Below, piece after piece: positions 57,215 to 64,000 of a stretch of DNA of 64,000 bases. Position 1 is the first letter of the stretch. Each line of letters starts with the position of its first letter. A model generated the notes under the pieces. The model saw nothing but the letters and a program-made list of their open reading frames with translations, made no database searches and was not told where the DNA came from. Made by a program: the position numbers and the translations under genes. The stretch is from Macrostomum lignano (lineage: Eukaryota), in the NCBI GenBank assembly GCA_002269645.1, contig NIVC01003533.1, positions 1-64,000 of the forward strand. The letters run 5' to 3'.

Positions 57215-60200
57215 GGGGGTCCTATTAAATTTGCAGTTCTATTAAATTTGCACTTCGGTGCAAATATGCTGCGACCTCCGGGTGACGCTTGCCATCTGGC
57301 TGGCGCTTGCCCAGGTGAGAGCGGTGAGCCGCGCTCTGCTAACACGGACGCTGCGGCTGCTAACAGCGGCAGGAAGGGCAACCGGCGAGGCAAACGAAGT
57401 CTCCACCGGCGCATCCAGCGGCGGCGTGAGCGCAACAGGCGAGGACGGCTGAAAGGTCGTTTTTGCAAGTCTGCAAGTTTGCTTGACCCGGCCCCTATCC
57501 AATCGGTTCTGCCTGGTGGCGCAGGAGACCGTGAGGCCCAACAAGTCCGGGCCCCAGCTGTACCAGGAAGCGCGTTTAGAATTGCCATCTTCAACTGTCG
57601 CACTCTCAAACCTGCTTGGAGGAGGGGAATGCTGGCGCAGCTAGCATCCGATCTGCAGCTGGACATTGTGATGCTGCAGGAAGGTTCAATTGTGACGCAG
57701 GACGGCCTCCAACGTGAGGATCTCGGTGCCGGCTGGACCCTGTTTTTCACCTCAGCGGACAGTCGAGGCGTGGAGGAGTCGGCGCTCTAGTCGGACCGCG
57801 GCTGCAGCAGAGTGTCTGCTGTGTCCCCGTGTCACCTCGGCTTTTGCGTGTGGATGTGAGACTGCGAGGCCGTAACGCCCGGCTGTTCTGCGCGTATGCA
57901 CCGACAGCTGCCCATCAGCATGAGGCGCAGGAGTTCTTTGATTTCCTGTCAGAGCAGCTCGAGTCGGTCGCAATGCGTGACACTGGCGGTGCTTGGCGAT
58001 CTCAACGCTGTCGCGGAGAGGTCCCAGCGCTCCCCGTTCGTGTCCCCGCGCCAGAATGGCAACTCTGGTGCGCTTGCGGACCTTATGTCGCGGCAAGATC
58101 TGGTGTCGGCGAACACGCGCTTCCGCAAGCCAGCTTTTCGTTTGGCGACTTTTGCTGGTTGTAAGCGAAGAAAGCGGAACGCGCGCCGAAACGCCACGAC
58201 GCGCCGGGCCCAGCTCGACCACATTCTTGTTCGTAACCGCGAGCGCAGTCGGGTGACAGACTGCGACACGATGGCCCCGCTGTCCATCCAATCCGACCAC
58301 CGCCTGCTTTTCTGCAACCTTCGCATCCGGGATCCGCTGTACAGGCCGCCCAAGCGACCCCCACGCCGCTATTTCCGGGCTCTGCGAGATTCTAGCACCC
58401 GCGGCAGGTTCGCGTACGCGTTCGCCACCGCACTGGGAGAGTCTGCGAGCACCGGTAACTACTCTGAAATAAGCGCGGTAGTAGCGACGGCAGCGAGCAA
58501 AACTCTGCCACGGATGAAATCTGCAGCCCGTAGTCTCCCTGTCTGGGCGGATGAAAAAGGAGGTTCAAGAGGCGAGGCGGACAGTTGAGAGGCTGCGACG
58601 GTCCAGGAGACCGACGGCAGAGGCCGAGAAAGCCCTGTCAGACGTTTTATATCAGGCGGCAGCAAGCCGCTGTTGACGATGCCATCCGAAGCGTCACCTC
58701 CGCAGGGCTCGACCAACGGAATCGGCTCGTATGGCCGACAATCAACGCCTTGACTGGTCGCAAGAAGAGAACGGTGCTAAAATTGACCGGCGACACGCCA
58801 GAAGCGCGCAGAAATGAGCTACGCGACTTCTTCGCCGATATCGTCAACGCGCCGCCACCGCCTCTGCCAGAAGTGATGCCACTGCCGCTCGAGACGGCGC
58901 TGCCGTCGCAGGAAGATTTCAACACCCAGCCAGTGACCAGCAACAACGTTGTGCAGTTCGCTCGCCAGGCGCCGGGAGGTCGCGCCCCGGGACCGGACGA
59001 GGTGCCTATCGAGGTGCTGCGAGTCACAAGGGTCGCCATTGAGGTGGCTCGTGTGATGAACGGTGTCCTTTCTGGAGATGCCGCGCCCCGCGAGTGGACA
59101 ACCGCGCACATCGTCGCGATCCCGAAGAAGCCAGGCACGACACGGAAGGAGGAGCACAGGGGGATCTCGCTTATGTCCTGCGCCGCGAAGCTGTTCAACC
59201 GGGTGCTGCTGGCTCGGTTACAGCCTGTGCTGGACCAGTTCCTGCGAACTGAGCAGAACGGGTTCCGCCCACATCGCGGCACAGTGACGCAGATCCTAGC
59301 CCTCTGCGGCATCATCGAGGAGGCGCGCATCCATCAGTCAAGTCTCGTGGTGATCTTCATTGATTTCCTCAAGGCTTTGACTCGCTGGCTCGCGGCGCGC
59401 TGCCTCTCGTGCTTCGTGCGTACAACGTACCGGAGCAACTGATTTCCGCCATCATGGCGATGTACCAGGACACGACCGCTTCGGTGATGACGCCAGATGG
59501 ACTGTCAGACCAATTCAGCACGTCGTCAGGCGTGCTGCAGGGTGACACTTTGGCGCCTTTTCTGTTTGTGCTGGCACTGGACTGGGTGCTGAGAACCGGC
59601 CTGCCCAACCTGGATGACGGCTTCCTTTTGAGAAGACGCACGAGTCGGCGGCACCCAGAGAAGCGGCTCTCCGTTCTCGGCTACGCGGACGACCTCGCGC
59701 TACTTTCATCGACGGCTGAAGGTGCCCAGCGGCTGCTTGATGGCCTGACGGCGGCAGCGTCGCGGGTCGGCCTTAAGCTGAACGCGCGGAAGACGGTAGT
59801 GTTCACGGTGCCCTCCGACTTGCCGGCCGAGATCAATTACCGAGACGCTGCCGGGAATGCATTTATGCTTACCCGCTGCGAGCGCTTTGTGTACCTCGGC
59901 GGTTCCGTGCCGGACGTTGCCGACGACCTGAAGAGACGACGAGGACTGGCCTGGGCCGCATTTCGATCAGTGCGCTCCGTGCTCCAATCTGAGGCCCTGG
60001 ACGACGGGCTCAAGGCTCGGCTGTTTCAGGCAGTCGTCGAGACTGTCCTGTTGTACAACGCCGAGACTTGGACCCTGACGGATGCCTTGGAGAGGCAGCT
60101 GGACGCTGCGCATGCGGCAATGCTGCGTGCGGCTTTCGGAGTGCGCAGCGGCCCAGGCAGCGAGACCAATGCCGCGCTCTACACTAGGGCGCGCCTGACG

Positions 60201-60496
60201 CGGCCTTCTGACCTGCTGCGCGGGCGGCGACTTCGACTGGCTGGCCACGTCATCCGGTCGGAGGCCCGCTGTCCTGAGCGACGTGCTGCTGTTCAAGCAG
60301 CAGGGACCACGGAGGCGAGGCCAAGGGCGAACGGTGCGATACCCTGACCGACTTCTGAGTGACGCTGGCGCCCCGGACCAAGCAGGGGGATGCGACTTCC
60401 TGAGGGCAATGGCCCAGAGACTCGCTTTCTGACTGCTCCCCCCTTTCTGGCTACTGCGTGGCCGGCGGGAGCAGTACCTTGTTGTTGTTGTTGTTG
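57215..60496 (+). mobile_element. Non-LTR retrotransposon, RTE-like (single APE+RT ORF, 57266-60432, several frame breaks), with a (TTG)6 tail
   Basis: IFNCRTL, DIVMLQE, LGDLNA, SDHR endonuclease motifs; GVLQGDTLAPFLF, YADDL, FVYLG, RLRLAGHVIR RT motifs. Confidence 0.93.
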
Positions 60497-61814
60497 AGAA
60501 GCGAAATCAGCGTCTTGGCAAGTGTGTTCGAATAAACAAGGAAGTTATACATGTAAGGGTTGGCACAGGCGTCTCAGGGAGAGATCAGAAAGAGTTGCAC
60601 AGGGAGACAATTCTCGTGCCGCTTCAGCTTGTCCTGGCTTAACAAAGTGTCCAAGTGCGTACAAACAAAGCGGAAGCACCAATATGCAGGAAAAGGTGGA
60701 GCAGCGGTATACCAGGGTACGCAATTGACCAAATTCACTGTGCTAAAATGAGTAATCTCATAAACTAGAATGACAGATATTGACGTTTTTCTAGAAGAAA
60801 ATAATACATGAGCAAAACGAAGGATCGGCGGCGTTTGATTCAAAGATCCAGCCATCCAACGTGAAGCCGCTGACAGAAACTAGCCTTGATTAATGTCATC
60901 ACCCAGCAGAAGTGCATTTATTCAGTGGGGGAATCATATTGAAACGTAAATCAAGAGGTGCCTTGAGCGGGTCAACATCTTTGACGGAGTGACAACCAAC
61001 TGACCTCTCACTCTTCATTTCAGTGGCTGTGTGTACATATGCTGTGTCATTTGTCACTATTATTGTTCAGTTCATCCATTCCTGAATCGATTAAAAAAAT
61101 ATATTTCCTGAGAAAACTATAATTAATGTCAGTTTTGGGAAAATTGAAATGCAGTTCGGGAAAATTAGATCGTAAAAAGTATATAATAATTTCAACTCCA
61201 GAGAAGCAAGTGGCCGGTATCTTGAATTCAATTATACTAAAAATGGTTTTTCTGTGTCTATCTATCTATTGCAGTTGAAAGGCAGCTAAAATTGCTATGC
61301 ATGTACAAGGTAAAGGTCCCAGGGTTCAAGCCATCTACGCAGTAGAGAGAATATAAAAATTCGGTCTGGATTGTTCTATATGGCATGTATCAATTTTTGG
61401 TACATTTGAAATGCGGAAAGTCTCTATTATACTTGACTAACTTCAAGTTAGCTTCTGTTTAATAACTTTATAAAGTTCCACGATTCTAAGGTTCCAGTAT
61501 TATAGTGAAAGTGGTGAGATTCGAGTAAGGGGTGGTGAGATTCGAGTAAGGGATTATGCAGCAAAAGTAAATTCGAAAGAAATAGAAGATATCGAAATTG
61601 CAAATATCGAGAGCTAGGACGGATACAAAGTTGTGACTTATTTTATTTTAAAGACAACTATTTGAATTCTGGAAAAGCCATCGGAAGATCTTCTACACCA
61701 AACCATCTAGGAGCTCTATAGCTATTTTTACCTTTTTTCAAAACTTTTAACACGCTTGTTGGCGAGTGTTGCGTCTAATTCCTCTTAAGTTGTCCTTACA
61801 ACAGAATAATAATA

Positions 61815-62110
61815 ATTATTATTGATTACACCTGTCCTAATGGGCAGATGTGCAACCGACAGCTCAGCCGCAGCTATTGCGCGGCGCATCTGAAGGCTGC
61901 GTACGGCTGTTCAGTCCAAGGACTGGGGGGTCGCCACACACACCCTCAATTACCCCAGCTAATGCTGGCACCCATTTTACAGCTGGGTGAGCTGAAGCAA
62001 TGCAGAGTTAAGTGTTTTGCTCAAGGACACAAATTGTTCCGAGTGAGTCAAGAATCGAACCCCCGACCTTCAAGTCGTGAGTCCGACGCTCTGACCACTA
62101 GGCTACAAAA
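61815..62110 (-). mobile_element. tRNA-derived SINE with a CORE-like central domain
   Basis: A-box TAGCCTAGTGG, B-box GGTTCGATTC, then TGTGTCCTTGAGCAAAACACTTAAC...CAGCTGTAAAATGGG resembling the MIR core; AAT-rich tail. Confidence 0.8.
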
Positions 62111-62229
62111 TCTCCTTACAACAGACATAGTCTATACTCTCTTTTAAGGCTATAACCCCCTCTAACTCAGCAATTTAATTGGTGATTGAAAAATGTATGT
62201 GAAGAAACCGCTCGATGTCGTGGCATCTG

Positions 62230-62394
62230 CATGCGGCGTAGCCATGGGGGGGGGGGCTGCGTGTCATTTGAGCTGGGCGCCAGTGTCAGGGGCACCAGCA
62301 ACGGGGCGCCAGCACTATTAGGTGAGTTTCATATATTTTTGCCAGCCGATTTTGCGGCCTATAGCTGCATTGCCGCCCCCTGGCTACGCCCCTG
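62230..62394. mobile_element. Short MITE-like element with GGCGTAGCCA-GGGGG terminal inverted repeats (hAT-like ends)
   Basis: GGCGTAGCCATGGGGG at 62235 and CCCCCTGGCTACGCCCCTG ending at 62394; no clean TSD. Confidence 0.6.
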
Positions 62395-63706
62395 TGCGGC
62401 ATCCTGTTCACTAACCGGTTGATAGACGCAGGGTTTTATAAAAATGTACGCAGAACAGTATGCTGATTACCGAACTCAGTGCTTGCCTGAATTGGACTCT
62501 GAACCAAAGATCATATATACACTTATATTAGAACATAAGATCTATGCTCTTAACACGTCTGATTATGAGTAGCTAGCTGAAGGGAGCACACTGTTCGCTT
62601 TGACATCTACTTAGATTTGAGAGATAATACTTGCTGTACACGGTCTATACTTAACTACATATGGCTAGCGGCTACAGAGCCTTGCGATAGCGAAGAGACG
62701 GCAAATTGGACGCAAATCCACCTCATGGTTGCGGTGGCAATTTGACCAAAGCAGGTGGCTGCTATGACATGGACGGTTGAATCAATCAAGCCTACAAAGG
62801 GGGGCATCACAAGTCCGAAATATCGTAACTCCGAAAACCAAAATAGCGTTGGGTGTTGCTAGCACTCTATATTTCGGCTTTGTGATATAATTCGGGTTTA
62901 TGATGGGCGTTGATAGCAAGTTCGGAGTTATGATCTTTTCGGAGTTGCGATGGCGGGACCCAAACAGGAACATTTAGTATTTCACAGTCATTATTGACGC
63001 AGGTGTAAAACTTTCATTGCCTTTTCGGTATATACACAGCCTTGTCGGACTTGTCAACCATGATGTCGACGTTTTTGTTTTTTTATCTGAAATTGATATG
63101 TTGTGATGCTGATGACGTGATGTGATGTGTGATGATACAATGATTTGAAAAGGTAAGATTATTGTTGAGAGGGTATTTTTTCACCCAGGATAGTTTTTTA
63201 GCATGCAAATTTAAGTGCTGCTTATGAATATTCTTATTAAGCTAGTTATTCGCACTCAGTGCATAGCCAAGTAAATAAATTTAGAACAAACTTGAAGCCA
63301 CACAAGCATTCTATGCACGTTGGTAGAATGCATTGATTGGTTCCCAAAATGCAGGTCGAATAGAAAGTTAAAATGAGCAAAATAAATTGCAACTAAACGC
63401 ACGTAATTATTGGGTAAAAATTTTGGTCCTGAACGTTTCTTTCAGAGTCGCCTTCACTTTAAAAATCTGCAATCGAACTGTTCAGGTATTCTTCACTGTG
63501 ATTCTCAGCCTTAGAGCTCAATACACTCATACACTCGTTTCTGTATCAGCTAATACATATCTTATCGTTATAAAAGCCGGGCCTAGCATAAGTAAGATAA
63601 GACCCACAAGAAAAAGGCTTGCGAAGCTACAGAGCCAGCAGCAGGGCCCTGTGGCTAGAAGAAGCACGTGAAAATTGCAACTCGCTAGTATAGGTCACCG
63701 CGAGCA

Positions 63707-64000
63707 ATGGTTTTGAATATCAGTACCAAGCGAAGCGTATTTTGCGCTTTGGCTCTATTCATCGCAGCAGTACTCGTGATCATTACTATTCGAGGCGGCT
63801 ATCATCAGAATTTGCACTCAACAATCCGAGACTACATTGATGGGAAACATCAAGCCGTATCGACTGGTGGCTCTGGCAACTTGCGGAAGGTTGAAACGCA
63901 GCAGGTCAGTAAATCCAAATCGAGAGGCAATAAAGTTTATAACTTCGGCAATGGTCGCATAGCTGTGGGAAGCAGTGGCTACGATCTGTCCAGCTCTAAG
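63707..64000 (+). CDS. Start of a type II membrane protein (possibly a Golgi glyco- or sulfotransferase), runs off the window
   Basis: MVLNISTKRS followed by VFCALALFIAAVLVIITI; frame stays open for 98 codons to the window end. Confidence 0.6.
   Translation, partial: MVLNISTKRSVFCALALFIAAVLVIITIRGGYHQNLHSTIRDYIDGKHQAVSTGGSGNLRKVETQQVSKSKSRGNKVYNFGNGRIAVGSSGYDLSSSK

Noticed and set aside
57215-57370. HDV-like ribozyme at the LINE 5' end (GGGGGTC start, GCTAA motifs at 57338 and 57359)
   Set aside because: Could not build a consistent P1/P1.1/P2/P3 nested pseudoknot, and most of it overlaps the ORF; an Infernal or RNArobo search would settle it
62800-62960. Nested short inverted repeats (ATCGTAACTCCGAAAA family)
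   Set aside because: Probably a decayed DNA-transposon end; no paired terminus or TSD found

Overview
Eukaryotic (metazoan) genomic DNA. The style (GC-rich exons, almost every intron filled with its own minisatellite) suggests a free-living flatworm such as Macrostomum; that is an inference. In order, the window holds: (1) the 3' part of an echinoid/nephrin-like Ig+FN3 single-pass adhesion receptor (+, 564-19154); (2) an intronless secreted 960-aa protein with three 4-Cys repeats and about 66 acidic 11-aa Ser/Thr repeats (+, 20523-23405); (3) a complete, apparently very young Ty3/gypsy LTR retrotransposon (23875-32884) with matching 1223-bp LTRs, AATT TSD and a tRNA-Leu PBS, which also has a second PBS copy inside each LTR, a pseudoknot-type -1 frameshift signal and an extra non-env 247-aa 3' module; (4) the 3' exons of an AF4/FMR2 (lilli/AFF)-like gene (+); (5) a minus-strand cluster EDC3 - MED9 - GEMIN6 in which the MED9 stop and a GEMIN6 start overlap (ATGAGTGA); (6) one T-box exon with no continuation in the window; (7) an RTE-type LINE, a tRNA-derived CORE-like SINE and a MITE; (8) the start of a type II membrane protein gene. 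The best leads are the overlapping MED9/GEMIN6 pair with its possible operon, and the unusual architecture of the gypsy element. Several frameshifts sit in homopolymer runs and may be assembly errors. All protein identifications are from motif recognition by eye, not database searches.
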